Source: a virus (Duplodnaviria > Caudoviricetes). Taken from it: a stretch of DNA of 36,178 bases. Every line of letters begins with the position of its first letter. Positions within the stretch are counted from its first letter, which is position 1. The position numbers and the translations under genes are program-made. Positions 26,352 to 34,712 of this stretch are shown in pieces. The notes beneath the pieces were generated by a model that did not search any database, was not told the origin of the DNA, and saw nothing but the letters and a program-made list of their open reading frames with translations. The DNA lies in IMG/VR virus record IMGVR_UViG_3300036794_000132, positions 1-36,178 of that record; one strand, given 5' to 3'.

Positions 26352-26995
26352 TCTCCCACCTCAATCTGCTCATAGCTTTCAGTTTCCATGCTGTCGATTT
26401 CTGATTGGGTGAATTTTCCAGCACGAGTTTTATCTGTTGTTAAATATCCGTCATTCTTTAAGTATAAAGTTACGTATCCAATACAAGTATTGCCTACAGA
26501 TTCAAGTTCCCTGTTATCTTTCAGATAAAACCGTTTCTCCTTAACTGTGTAGCCTAGGCGTTTCATATCAATAAGTATTTCTATAGAATTATTATTTTCC
26601 ATAAACCATTTTTCAAATTCAGATGATGCACTTGCACCTCTTTGAGGATTGCTCAAAATGAAATCAAATATGCATCCTTCTAAAAAGATTGGTGATACCT
26701 TTTCATACCAATTAGCAACAAACTGCGGAACTTCTGGAATCTCTGGCTGCTGCTTTTCGAGCTGGGATTTGAGAGAAAGTATCTCTTCAGCCATTACTTC
26801 AAAGCGTTTATCTTTTTTGTAGTAATCTAACTGAGCCTCTAAGCCATCAATATATTTATTCATCTCGTTAAAAGCGTTATGATATTCTTTAACTTTATCG
26901 GTATAAAATTCGATTACTTTCCCTAAAGATGGCTTAATACTGCTTTGTTCAATACCAATTGCTGGTCTTTTTACTTCTTCAAACTTCTTCATCAC
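26348..26995 (-). CDS. DUF1642-like phage protein
   Basis: PEVPQFVANW...GYTVKEKRFY...FTQSEI. Confidence 0.75.
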   Translation of the reverse strand: MMKKFEEVKRPAIGIEQSSIKPSLGKVIEFYTDKVKEYHNAFNEMNKYIDGLEAQLDYYKKDKRFEVMAEEILSLKSQLEKQQPEIPEVPQFVANWYEKVSPIFLEGCIFDFILSNPQRGASASSEFEKWFMENNNSIEILIDMKRLGYTVKEKRFYLKDNRELESVGNTCIGYVTLYLKNDGYLTTDKTRAGKFTQSEIDSMETESYEQIEVGE

Positions 26996-27179
26996 GTACC
27001 TCTACCTTTATTTTCCCACTGACAATATAAAATAAGACTGTTATTGGATTTTTTCCATACTTTCTGCTTAATTGATTTATTTCAACATCAAACTCGGATG
27101 TTTCGTGATACCATTCCCGAAGCTCAACAAGATTGTCAATTTCTTTTAATGACTCAAGTAATTCTTTAGATACACTCAA
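26979..27179 (-). CDS. Hypothetical phage protein
   Basis: TTG start with GAGG RBS. Confidence 0.6.
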   Translation of the reverse strand: MSVSKELLESLKEIDNLVELREWYHETSEFDVEINQLSRKYGKNPITVLFYIVSGKIKVEVRDEEV

Positions 27180-27180
27180 T

Positions 27181-27411
27181 TTATTTTTCCTCGTTTTCTA
27201 TGATCAATCCCCCAGTTAATTCGTCATATCCATCTAAAATTTCAAAAGTTCCATTTTTAATTTTCTTAGTAGTGACTTTAAGCCGGCTAACGTCATACGT
27301 TTTCTGAATACACAGCTCAAATACTGGGTATTTCTGTCGCAACTGCTTAATGGATACTGGCTTTATTTTGATAATAGGGAAGATGCACTTCCCTTTATAT
27401 TCATAGATCAT
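27181..27411 (-). CDS. Hypothetical phage protein
   Basis: Coupled ORF. Confidence 0.65.
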   Translation of the reverse strand: MIYEYKGKCIFPIIKIKPVSIKQLRQKYPVFELCIQKTYDVSRLKVTTKKIKNGTFEILDGYDELTGGLIIENEEK

Positions 27412-27728
27412 AAACTCACTCCTCGTTGTATTTTGCGTTTCAGTCTGTTTTTTAGGCGTACATTGTTTGAAACTTTAAGCTCGAGTAAAAAGCTATCTGC
27501 TTCTTTAGGAAGTAACTCATAGGATCTAAGTGCTTCAAACAGCTCGTCATCTGTAAAAAAACCTTTAAATTTCATTAGTTTTGTTGGTGTTGGGAAATTA
27601 TTTTTCTTATTTTTAAGATTTTGAAGATAAGTTTCAGGCAAGCCGACATATCTACTCACCGCTCTAAGTGTCATATTCTCTTCTTTACGAAATTTGTTGA
27701 TTTTCTCCCAAAAATATTCTGGTGTCAT
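27408..27728 (-). CDS. HTH DNA-binding protein
   Basis: Start moved to MTPEYFWEK (GAAAGGAAGGA RBS). MTLRAVSRYVGLPETYL helix-turn-helix. Confidence 0.7.
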   Translation of the reverse strand: MTPEYFWEKINKFRKEENMTLRAVSRYVGLPETYLQNLKNKKNNFPTPTKLMKFKGFFTDDELFEALRSYELLPKEADSFLLELKVSNNVRLKNRLKRKIQRGVSL

Positions 27729-27846
27729 TTCCTTCCTTTCATACAAGCCTATATTTCGCCCTGTGTTGCGTTTTGGGATATAAACGCACAATCTATCCAG
27801 ATTAATCTTACAAGGCGAATTTGGGCAGATTTTTTGGCACGTGTAC

Positions 27847-28266
27847 CTATAATTCATCAACATCAACTTCTAATCGATAACCATTGTGACCAGATAGGCC
27901 ACCAAACTGATATTTTGTGAACTTCACGACTTCGTGATTATCATCGGTCCAAAGTTTAGATTCAGTAAATCCATCCATGAGAGCTTTCAAAGTTGGCTGT
28001 AAGTTATCTGGATCACTTCTGCGCTTGGTTGGTGTATATACTGTAAGTGTCACTCCACAAGGGCTTGCTGTGTTAAAAATAGGTAGCTTTTCAAGGTTAT
28101 TGAGTGGATTTTGAACTTGATTAAAGGCTAGTTTCTTTAGCTCCTGGATCACTTTTGCTTTCTGGTGGAAATGCATGCGATCATTTGAGTTCAAAATTAA
28201 TTTTTTCTGTTTTGGTACAACTTTAGATTTGCTGCTTGCTCGATATAAATTAAAGATAAATTTCAT
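27847..28266 (-). CDS. RusA-like Holliday junction resolvase
   Basis: RRSDPDNLQPTLKALMDG...WTDDN. Confidence 0.82.
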   Translation of the reverse strand: MKFIFNLYRASSKSKVVPKQKKLILNSNDRMHFHQKAKVIQELKKLAFNQVQNPLNNLEKLPIFNTASPCGVTLTVYTPTKRRSDPDNLQPTLKALMDGFTESKLWTDDNHEVVKFTKYQFGGLSGHNGYRLEVDVDEL

Positions 28267-28268
28267 GA

Positions 28269-28568
28269 TTATACTTCCTCAAAATCTCCATCAATTGTAT
28301 TTGGGGCTGGTAACTCTTCTTTTTCTTCAGTTACATCCTTTCGCTCTGCCTGCTCAAACAAGTCCATCTGATCATTTGCTTGTGCATCAAATTCGGAAGC
28401 TTGAATCAAGATGTTGTCAAAAAGTTCATCTGTAAGGTTTGCGATTTTGTATGTCATACCTTTTTTGGCATAATCAAAATTCATTTCATTTAGCCAACCT
28501 TGGAAAGGTTGAACTGCTCCAAGTTCAGATAATGTAAATTCGCCTGTGATTTTTTTATTTGCTTTCAT
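28269..28568 (-). CDS. Hypothetical phage protein
   Basis: AAGG RBS, co-oriented. Confidence 0.7.
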   Translation of the reverse strand: MKANKKITGEFTLSELGAVQPFQGWLNEMNFDYAKKGMTYKIANLTDELFDNILIQASEFDAQANDQMDLFEQAERKDVTEEKEELPAPNTIDGDFEEV

Positions 28569-28587
28569 TTTGTTTACCTTTTCTTTT

Positions 28588-28878
28588 TTAGTTTTTGAGT
28601 GGTGGAGCTGGAATTAACTCAAAGTGATCATTAACTCGCACCTTTTTTCCATTTTTAATTTCCATGTGCCAAGCGAACAAGCGATTTGTTACCTCGAGAC
28701 GTGATAACTTTGTTAAATCACAAATAAATTTAACTGGGTCTGTTCGCAAATTGTTCTGTTCCCGCAATTGTTTCCAGCGTTCGTAGTGTTCAACAGTAAC
28801 CCCAGAACACACTCGACTAGCTCGCTCCAGATAGTAATCTCTGAGTACTTCTGAAAAACTAATTATTTCTTCATCCAT
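28588..28878 (-). CDS. Hypothetical protein following the replication initiator
   Basis: Overlaps the initiator stop, has RBS. Confidence 0.7.
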   Translation of the reverse strand: MDEEIISFSEVLRDYYLERASRVCSGVTVEHYERWKQLREQNNLRTDPVKFICDLTKLSRLEVTNRLFAWHMEIKNGKKVRVNDHFELIPAPPLKN

Positions 28879-29797
28879 TAGCTAATCCTTTCTCTCTAAC
28901 AAGCCGATATATTTCATTTTGACTCATTCCTGTTGTATCAATGCCTGCTCGAATGAGCTTGGCTTCGTCCGACCAATCAGGAACTTTCTTTCCTGCTCTA
29001 GGTTGTGATTTTATATTCGTGGATTTGGATTTCTTCCGTTCAAAGGCAGCACTCTCTGCCATTGCATCTTCAAGTGTTTTAATACCATTCTTATCCCAAT
29101 AGCTAAGGATGTTTAACGCACTTTTAAATGTTTTACTTTGTCTAACTGCTCTTTTCATTGCTTCAAGCGTTAAATCAAAACCATAATCTAAAACAGAATA
29201 TTTTAAATCGTCGTAGATAAGAGGTGAGATACTCCCGAAGTTTCCCTCGTAAAATTTTATTAATTGATCAAAATTTGAGTCATCACTACTATTATTTTCT
29301 TTACTCTGATTTACTTTACTTTCCTTTACTTTACTTTGTTGATTATCATGTGAATTTATCGGGTTATCAGATTCACTATTCGAATTATTGGAGGGTTTAT
29401 TCTCCGGAAACTCCTCTTTGATTAAGTAAATGTCGGAAATGACTATTTTCTTCCTCTTTTTCGCTGCTTCTTGATATCTACTTTGAATACCTCTTGAAGT
29501 AAGAATATTGTATTTTTCGAATTTCTCTTTATTAAAAAACCCAACTTGTACAGCTTTATTAACTATTTCCTTAACTAGACTTTCTTCAATACCAACTTCA
29601 TCAGCAACTAAAAATATTGTGTCTTCGTCCCAGTCAAAGTAATAACCGGTATCTTGGTAAATATTGCATAGTAAGCAAAGTAGCACCTCAACAGTAGCCG
29701 GTCCACAAGCTCGTTTTATTTTTCTAATTTTTATATCTTTCAAAAAATTTATATCAAGCGGGAAATAATCAAGTCCTTGTTTAAGCGGTCTTGCCAT
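28871..29797 (-). CDS. Replisome organiser / replication initiator (DUF4373-like N-terminus, DnaD-like C-terminus)
   Basis: MARPLKQGLDYFPLD, LTSRGIQ, QSKVKESK linker, FYEGNFG...ILSYWDKNGIKT. Confidence 0.9.
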   Translation of the reverse strand: MARPLKQGLDYFPLDINFLKDIKIRKIKRACGPATVEVLLCLLCNIYQDTGYYFDWDEDTIFLVADEVGIEESLVKEIVNKAVQVGFFNKEKFEKYNILTSRGIQSRYQEAAKKRKKIVISDIYLIKEEFPENKPSNNSNSESDNPINSHDNQQSKVKESKVNQSKENNSSDDSNFDQLIKFYEGNFGSISPLIYDDLKYSVLDYGFDLTLEAMKRAVRQSKTFKSALNILSYWDKNGIKTLEDAMAESAAFERKKSKSTNIKSQPRAGKKVPDWSDEAKLIRAGIDTTGMSQNEIYRLVREKGLANG

Positions 29798-29833
29798 TCT
29801 TAATTCCTCTTGTTTTATTTTATTTCCTTATAA

Positions 29834-30055
29834 ACAATAGGTTCTGCTGTTTTGCCCCGAGGGAATCTTACTACATGCAGCGACTTACATGTCCTTCCTG
29901 CACAAAGCCTATTGTGTGATGCTGATCCATTTAATATTCAGATAAAACTATGACTTTCTAACGTGTTTCAATGACAAAATACGATTTTCTGTTATTACCG
30001 TCTTATTACTGAACAAATGAATCTACGGTGCTTTTAATGTGGTTCCGAACACATT
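29834..30055 (-). ncRNA. Candidate ~220-nt structured RNA between recT and the replication initiator
   Basis: No ORF of 60 aa or more. At least seven nested helices, many with G-U pairs only on the minus strand (see findings). Confidence 0.7.
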
Positions 30056-30058
30056 ATT

Positions 30059-30865
30059 TTATAATTCTAAATCAAGTACCTCGGGTTCTCCTTGAGGTTC
30101 TTGATAATTTTCAGAAGCTACTTGATCATTGATAATCTCATTTTCTTCGATTTGTTTAGAATCTTCCACAGCTTCTAAAACCAAATCATCTGTTACTGGA
30201 GTAGCATCTTTTGGTGTTGCTGATTCGTTATCTGCCACAATTGCTTGCTGCATTTCTGTCGATAATGGAGCGTAAGTACTAAGCATTGCTTTTAATACCG
30301 TTTTGGTTGCCATTGCATCAAAATCTGTTTGCCATGGGCTTGATGATCTATTGAATGATTTTGAAAATCGTTTGCCGTGGGCAGTAACTTTTTCTTTGTC
30401 CCAGTAAATAATTTTTCTGAATCCATTCGCAAGCTCCATACTAGCGAAATATCCTGCGATTTCGACCCCTTGTGGCATTGAAAAATCAATCTCTAGTTCT
30501 TCAAACAAACTGTCATATTTAATAAATTGATTTTCATAGACCGGGCCAGCATTCAGTTTTGTAACTTGTCCACTTCTAATTGCAAGCTGGATAAGCCCTT
30601 TATATCCAATTTGAAACTGTGCTTCTCTTCCATAAGGGATGACATAAGCAAAGCCCAAGCTCGGCTCAATGGGTAGATCAAGTGTTGCAGCTTTCATTGC
30701 TGCTGTCATGACACTATTTGAATCTACATTTTTTAAATTTGTAGAACCCACTAAACTAAGAAGGCTTCCCACAAATCCGTTAGTTTTTTTGCCTAATACT
30801 TCTTCGAATTTTCTTTTTGCAGCATCACTTTTGAGTACTGTTTGTGTTGGTGTTAAATTAGCCAT
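30059..30865 (-). CDS. recT: RecT/Red-beta family single-strand annealing protein
   Basis: AATLDLPIEPSLGFAYVIPY, AQFQIGYKGLIQLAIRSG, PWQTDFDAMATKTVLK. Confidence 0.93.
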   Translation of the reverse strand: MANLTPTQTVLKSDAAKRKFEEVLGKKTNGFVGSLLSLVGSTNLKNVDSNSVMTAAMKAATLDLPIEPSLGFAYVIPYGREAQFQIGYKGLIQLAIRSGQVTKLNAGPVYENQFIKYDSLFEELEIDFSMPQGVEIAGYFASMELANGFRKIIYWDKEKVTAHGKRFSKSFNRSSSPWQTDFDAMATKTVLKAMLSTYAPLSTEMQQAIVADNESATPKDATPVTDDLVLEAVEDSKQIEENEIINDQVASENYQEPQGEPEVLDLEL

Positions 30866-31694
30866 TTAGCAACTCCTTTATCTTATTGAGTACGTTTAAT
30901 ACTGATTTACCTGAGTAATTTTTTTCTGGTTCAATCTTCATTTCGAGAGTTTCAATTCTCTCTATGATCTCTTCAATTTTTGATTCGCCTTTATTTGCAA
31001 TGTTTGCATTTTGATTTTCTAACGCTTTATTTTTTATACGTTCTTCTTCAAGTTGCTGAGATAGGGCTTGTGTGTCGCCTGTTTCACGTTTTTCTAATAC
31101 CTGCTCACGTTGTCGCAATTCTTTTTCTTTTTCAGCAAGTTGTTTTTCTTTTTCAAGCTTTTCTTTTCGAGCTGCTTCAAGTAATTCTTCTTGCTCCAAA
31201 TCTGCCTGAGCTTGTAAAGCTGCGTTAGTGATTTTATCTTTGATTGTTTTCTTTAATTCTCCTTGAGTTGTCAATGCATCAACACTTGAAAATCTTCCGG
31301 GAGTGAGCACCCAACGAGTGCCTGTTAATTGATAAATATTATTTGTCTGATTGACAAATAGTTCTATCGCCTCAAATGATTCACGTCTGCGGCGATCATC
31401 AAATGCTGTATTAACCTCTCCAATTTTTTTAACAAGTCCTGCTAATTCACTTCGAACTTCCCAAACTTTAAAATTCTTAGTTCGGAATACATCAATCAAC
31501 TCATTAATTTGCTTTTTCTCTGCCAAATCAATTTCATTAACTTTGGCATTCAGTTCTTTTTTCAATTCAATAAGAGCTGTTTTTGTCGCCTTATCTTGTA
31601 CCATCTCCGGCACTTGTGCTTTGACTTTTTGTAAATAATCAAAGACATCATCATTCTGAAGAAGTCCATCTTCAAATTCTACTGGCATTCCCAT
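30858..31694 (-). CDS. Coiled-coil phage protein upstream of recT
   Basis: GGAGG RBS, long charged coiled coil. Confidence 0.75.
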   Translation of the reverse strand: MGMPVEFEDGLLQNDDVFDYLQKVKAQVPEMVQDKATKTALIELKKELNAKVNEIDLAEKKQINELIDVFRTKNFKVWEVRSELAGLVKKIGEVNTAFDDRRRRESFEAIELFVNQTNNIYQLTGTRWVLTPGRFSSVDALTTQGELKKTIKDKITNAALQAQADLEQEELLEAARKEKLEKEKQLAEKEKELRQREQVLEKRETGDTQALSQQLEEERIKNKALENQNANIANKGESKIEEIIERIETLEMKIEPEKNYSGKSVLNVLNKIKELLNG

Positions 31695-31713
31695 TTTTTA
31701 TTCCTCCGAATTT

Positions 31714-31779
31714 TGTTATAATCAGAGTAGAATCTTTCCAAAGTTTCTACCCGCTCCTAGTTGCCGCTAGGAGCTTTTT
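31714..31779 (+). ncRNA. Putative antisense sRNA unit upstream of the recombination genes
   Basis: TGT-TATAAT 31714-31722, GTAGAA/TTCTAC hairpin, GCTCCTAG-TTGCCG-CTAGGAGC plus T5. Confidence 0.6.
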
Positions 31780-31915
31780 CTTTTGTCATAAATCGTAAAA
31801 AGTCTAGTAAATAGAAAAATTTTCGTTCTATTTTTCCACCAGATACAATCCAAACTTGTTTATCAGGCCATGCTGTTACAATAAGACCATCAGTTGTTGT
31901 GTACTGCTCAAGCAC
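31757..31915 (-). CDS. 52-aa hypothetical protein (not in ORF track)
   Basis: GTG start after GGGAG. MLEQYTTTDGLIVTAWPDKQVW...KAPSGN*. Confidence 0.55.
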   Translation of the reverse strand: MLEQYTTTDGLIVTAWPDKQVWIVSGGKIERKFFYLLDFLRFMTKEKAPSGN

Positions 31916-32102
31916 TCTGCTCCCCCTCTCTTTTTTCGATACCAGATAAGATAATTCTGCCTATTTCTATAGCTATATCTCCAGTCAATGGATTGTTTCT
32001 GCACCACTCTGGCCAGTCTTCTTCACTGATTCTAGTTCCATCAGCTAAGATATTTGTAACCTTGTACTTTTTAGGTGGCCTCCTTTGTTTTCCCATCTTC
32101 AT
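31908..32102 (-). CDS. Small early protein, candidate recombination directionality factor
   Basis: 64 aa, basic N-terminus, third gene of the early lytic operon. Function inferred from position only. Confidence 0.55.
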   Translation of the reverse strand: MKMGKQRRPPKKYKVTNILADGTRISEEDWPEWCRNNPLTGDIAIEIGRIILSGIEKREGEQSA

Positions 32103-32239
32103 TCCTTTCTATGCACTATTGCATGCAAACGTTCAGCGATAATATTTAACGGCCAAACATTTGCGCATTTTCCTGCAAAAAACTCGTATATAATCTCACC
32201 CGTCTCTATGATGACAATTTGATATGTGATTGTTTGCAT
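32099..32239 (-). CDS. 46-aa hypothetical protein (not in ORF track)
   Basis: AAGGA RBS. MQTITYQIVIIETGEII...HRKE*, ATGA-coupled to the next gene. Confidence 0.6.
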   Translation of the reverse strand: MQTITYQIVIIETGEIIYEFFAGKCANVWPLNIIAERLHAIVHRKE

Positions 32240-32296
32240 GCTATAATATCCTTATCTAAATTCATCTAGCTCACTGTATCCAACAGTGGGCTTTTT
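32239..32296 (+). ncRNA. Putative antisense sRNA unit downstream of cro
   Basis: TGC-TATAAT 32239-32247, then GCTCACTGT/ACAGTGGGC stem plus T5. Confidence 0.55.
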
Positions 32297-32301
32297 ATGT
32301 A

Positions 32302-32535
32302 CTAACTTGCTTTATTCTTTATACCATTTAATGGTATATCGGGATAAAAATTAATGAGCATATAATTCGTATCATATAGCTCACATAATTTGTCAATACT
32401 TGGTGGTTTAGGAAAAGTAACTCCACGCTCCCAATTAGATAATGCTTCCTTTGAAACTCCAATCGCTTTGGCAGCTTCCTCCTGAGTTAAATCACTCAAG
32501 AGACGATACTTTTTCAATGTTAATTTTTCTCTCAT
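32302..32535 (-). CDS. cro: Cro-like HTH regulator
   Basis: LTQEEAAKAIGVSKEALSNWERG, divergent from the repressor. Confidence 0.9.
   Translation of the reverse strand: MREKLTLKKYRLLSDLTQEEAAKAIGVSKEALSNWERGVTFPKPPSIDKLCELYDTNYMLINFYPDIPLNGIKNKAS
32321..32337. promoter_or_regulatory. Distal operator (perfect palindrome)
   Basis: ATACCATT-T-AATGGTAT inside the cro 3' end. Confidence 0.75.
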
Positions 32536-32597
32536 GTTAACTCCTTTCTTTTATCAAACTGTGTCAGATTTATATTATCTTGTTTGACTATAAATTT

Positions 32598-32626
32598 ATT
32601 ATATACCATTAAAAAGTATATGTCAA
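32598..32626 (-). promoter_or_regulatory. Lytic promoter with overlapping operator
   Basis: TTGACA-17-TATAAT. Operator ATACCATTAAAAAGTAT (32603-32619) occupies the spacer. Confidence 0.9.
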
Positions 32627-32676
32627 CGGATAAGCAGTAAAAAAATAAAAAAAATGGTATTTATATACTTTTTCAC

Positions 32677-32708
32677 TTTACTTTTCTACCATTAAACAGT
32701 AATATAAT
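32677..32708 (+). promoter_or_regulatory. Lysogenic promoter with overlapping operator
   Basis: TTTACT-17-TAATAT. Operator TACCATTAAACAGTA at 32687-32701. Confidence 0.75.
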
Positions 32709-32711
32709 AGT

Positions 32712-33248
32712 ATGAACAAAAAAATAAATGGAAGAATCGGTAATCTAGGTAATAAAGAGACTATGGCAAAGAATCTCAAAAGATTTTTAGACAGCCGCGG
32801 CCTAAACCCTCATCAGTTTTCAGAAATAATGGGATTTAAGTATACAACAGTGATGAATTGGATGAAAGCTAATTCTTATCCTCGAATTGATAAAATTGAA
32901 TTGATGGCCCAGTACTTTGGAGTTGATAAATCTGATTTAGTAGAAGAATATACCGGAATCTCTTCTACTCTATCTGAAATAAATCGTATCAGTTCTGAAC
33001 TTGATGAAAATCGTCAAGAAGTAGTCCTTAATACAGCTAAAGAGCAACGTGATGAGCAAGAAGCAGAAAGAAAAGCAAAAGAACCGATTCCGGTATATAT
33101 GGATGATGACGCTATTTACGGACATATTGATCGTGCTGCTGCTTGGCAAGGGGAAGAACTTACTGATGAAGACCGCGATGCTATTATGATTGCATTAAAA
33201 AAACACCTAGAGGAAAAAGCGAAGGAAGAATCAGAAAAAGGTGAGTAA
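32712..33248 (+). CDS. cI: CI-like (ImmR-type) repressor lacking an S24 autopeptidase domain
   Basis: N-terminal XRE HTH (YTTVMNWMKANSYPRIDKIELMAQYFGV), C-terminal AAW-GEELTDED. Confidence 0.88.
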   Translation: MNKKINGRIGNLGNKETMAKNLKRFLDSRGLNPHQFSEIMGFKYTTVMNWMKANSYPRIDKIELMAQYFGVDKSDLVEEYTGISSTLSEINRISSELDENRQEVVLNTAKEQRDEQEAERKAKEPIPVYMDDDAIYGHIDRAAAWQGEELTDEDRDAIMIALKKHLEEKAKEESEKGE

Positions 33249-33646
33249 TGAAATCTGTTCAAGAAATACTTCAAGAAACTGGTTGTACGATAATATGGAA
33301 TCATAGTAATGCTAAAGGACTTTACATGAAAGAATTGAATTGCATTTATCTTAGTCTTGACTATGAGGAATTAGAAACTAAATCATTTCTTTATCATGAA
33401 TGTGGACATCTACTTTCTGAAGACACAAAAGCTCAACTAAAATCTGTCGAGCTAAAACAAGAAAGAAAAGCTAATGATTTTATGATAGGTGCTTGTATTG
33501 ATGAAGTAGCTCCGGATTATGAAGATTGTCCTTACTTATTGACTGCTTGCGAAATAATAGCTCGCTTCAATTTACCAGACATACTATTTGACGATATTAC
33601 TGTTGCGATAAAAAAATATTTAGTAAAGCATAATTGGGTAATGTAA
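33248..33646 (+). CDS. ImmA/IrrE-family metallopeptidase (anti-repressor)
   Basis: HECGH (HExxH) plus ERKANDF, coupled to the repressor. Confidence 0.88.
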   Translation: MKSVQEILQETGCTIIWNHSNAKGLYMKELNCIYLSLDYEELETKSFLYHECGHLLSEDTKAQLKSVELKQERKANDFMIGACIDEVAPDYEDCPYLLTACEIIARFNLPDILFDDITVAIKKYLVKHNWVM

Positions 33647-33658
33647 AGGAAACTTGTA

Positions 33659-33982
33659 ATGGAATTTGAAGATTTCAAAAAATATGTAGAAGAAAATTGC
33701 AATGCAAAAAGCAACTTCTTTAACAAGATGACTGCTTATATGCGGCGAATGGTTGAATCTGAAGACAATAATGTTTATTTAACTGAATCACAAATCGAGT
33801 CTGAAGTTAAAAAGAACTGGAATGCCTCACTCCAAAATATGTATGACAAAGTTAGTAAAGAAGTTAAAACAAAGAAAACCGATTCTGCCCCAGTAAAAGT
33901 AGAAAAGTGGCTTGCTCAAATGAGCGAACTTGAAGTATTGGATAACTTTGCTGAAAGTATTGATAATATTGAGTTTGATTAG
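33659..33982 (+). CDS. Hypothetical protein in the lysogeny module
   Basis: AAGGA RBS, 107 aa. Confidence 0.75.
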   Translation: MEFEDFKKYVEENCNAKSNFFNKMTAYMRRMVESEDNNVYLTESQIESEVKKNWNASLQNMYDKVSKEVKTKKTDSAPVKVEKWLAQMSELEVLDNFAESIDNIEFD

Positions 33983-33989
33983 GTAATAT

Positions 33990-34190
33990 ATGAAATTTGG
34001 AATAAGAAAACCCAGTTTAAAAAAAAGCTTTAAAGCTCGAACAACTGGAAAAGTCAAAAGAAAATTTAAAAAAGCCCTAATTCCAGGATATGGAAAAAAG
34101 GGCATGGGAGTCATTAAGAAACCTAAGAAAGCAATGTATAATAAAGTTTATAGAAAGACAACTTTTTCTTTCTGGAACCTATTTAAATAA
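33990..34190 (+). CDS. Very basic 66-aa phage protein
   Basis: MKFGIRKPSLKKSFKARTTG...PGYGKKGMG...YNKVY. Confidence 0.75.
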   Translation: MKFGIRKPSLKKSFKARTTGKVKRKFKKALIPGYGKKGMGVIKKPKKAMYNKVYRKTTFSFWNLFK

Positions 34191-34235
34191 AAAATACGTG
34201 CGCTAATCACGATAAAAGGGTAAGGAGATAACCAA

Positions 34236-34610
34236 ATGATCGATTTTAACAATGCTGCTTTTGTCAAATTAAAACCTGCAAATGATGATGCTTTTATTGA
34301 CAATATCTCACCTATTTTTGTAAATGGTGAATCCGTCTTGGGAACTTATAAAGGCATACGCGATGGCGTTGTTTTCACAACACATCGTATTATCGCTATC
34401 AACGTCCAAGGAATTACTGGTAAGAAAAAGGACTTTACATCTCTTCCTTACTCAAAAATCCAAAGCTTTTCTATCGAAACTGCTGGTACCTTCGATTTAG
34501 ACAGTGAACTTGAATTGTGGTTCTCTGGTCTCGGGAAAGTAAAGCTAGAGTTCTCAAGTCGAGCAAATGTATCGGAAATTGCAAAGATCATCTCTGAAAG
34601 AATTCTATAA
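34236..34610 (+). CDS. Bacterial PH-domain protein (bPH_1)
   Basis: RDGVVFTTHRII...QGITGKK...SLPYSKI..FSIETAGTFDLDSEL. Confidence 0.88.
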   Translation: MIDFNNAAFVKLKPANDDAFIDNISPIFVNGESVLGTYKGIRDGVVFTTHRIIAINVQGITGKKKDFTSLPYSKIQSFSIETAGTFDLDSELELWFSGLGKVKLEFSSRANVSEIAKIISERIL

Positions 34611-34612
34611 AT

Positions 34613-34712
34613 AAAAAAACCGTCCTGGGACTCTCCAAAGTTTAGGGCGGTTTTAAACAATAAGTATAGAAAATTCACGACTCACGTATTTTTTCTATAC
34701 TCTATTATATCA
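34613..34712 (-). ncRNA. Putative antisense sRNA unit / structured leader upstream of the integrase
   Basis: Minus-strand TGA-TATAAT 34712-34704, 11-bp hairpin 34663-34673/34691-34701, bidirectional terminator-like stem 34613-34654. Confidence 0.6.

Noticed and set aside
27729-27866. N-terminal extension of ORF 27408-27866
   Set aside because: A strong RBS precedes the ATG at 27728, so the extension is probably intergenic.
29295-29400. TTACTT and TTATC repeats in the initiator gene as a novel repeat
   Set aside because: They encode the common QSKVKESK linker. The region may hold the origin, but no clear long iterons are visible.
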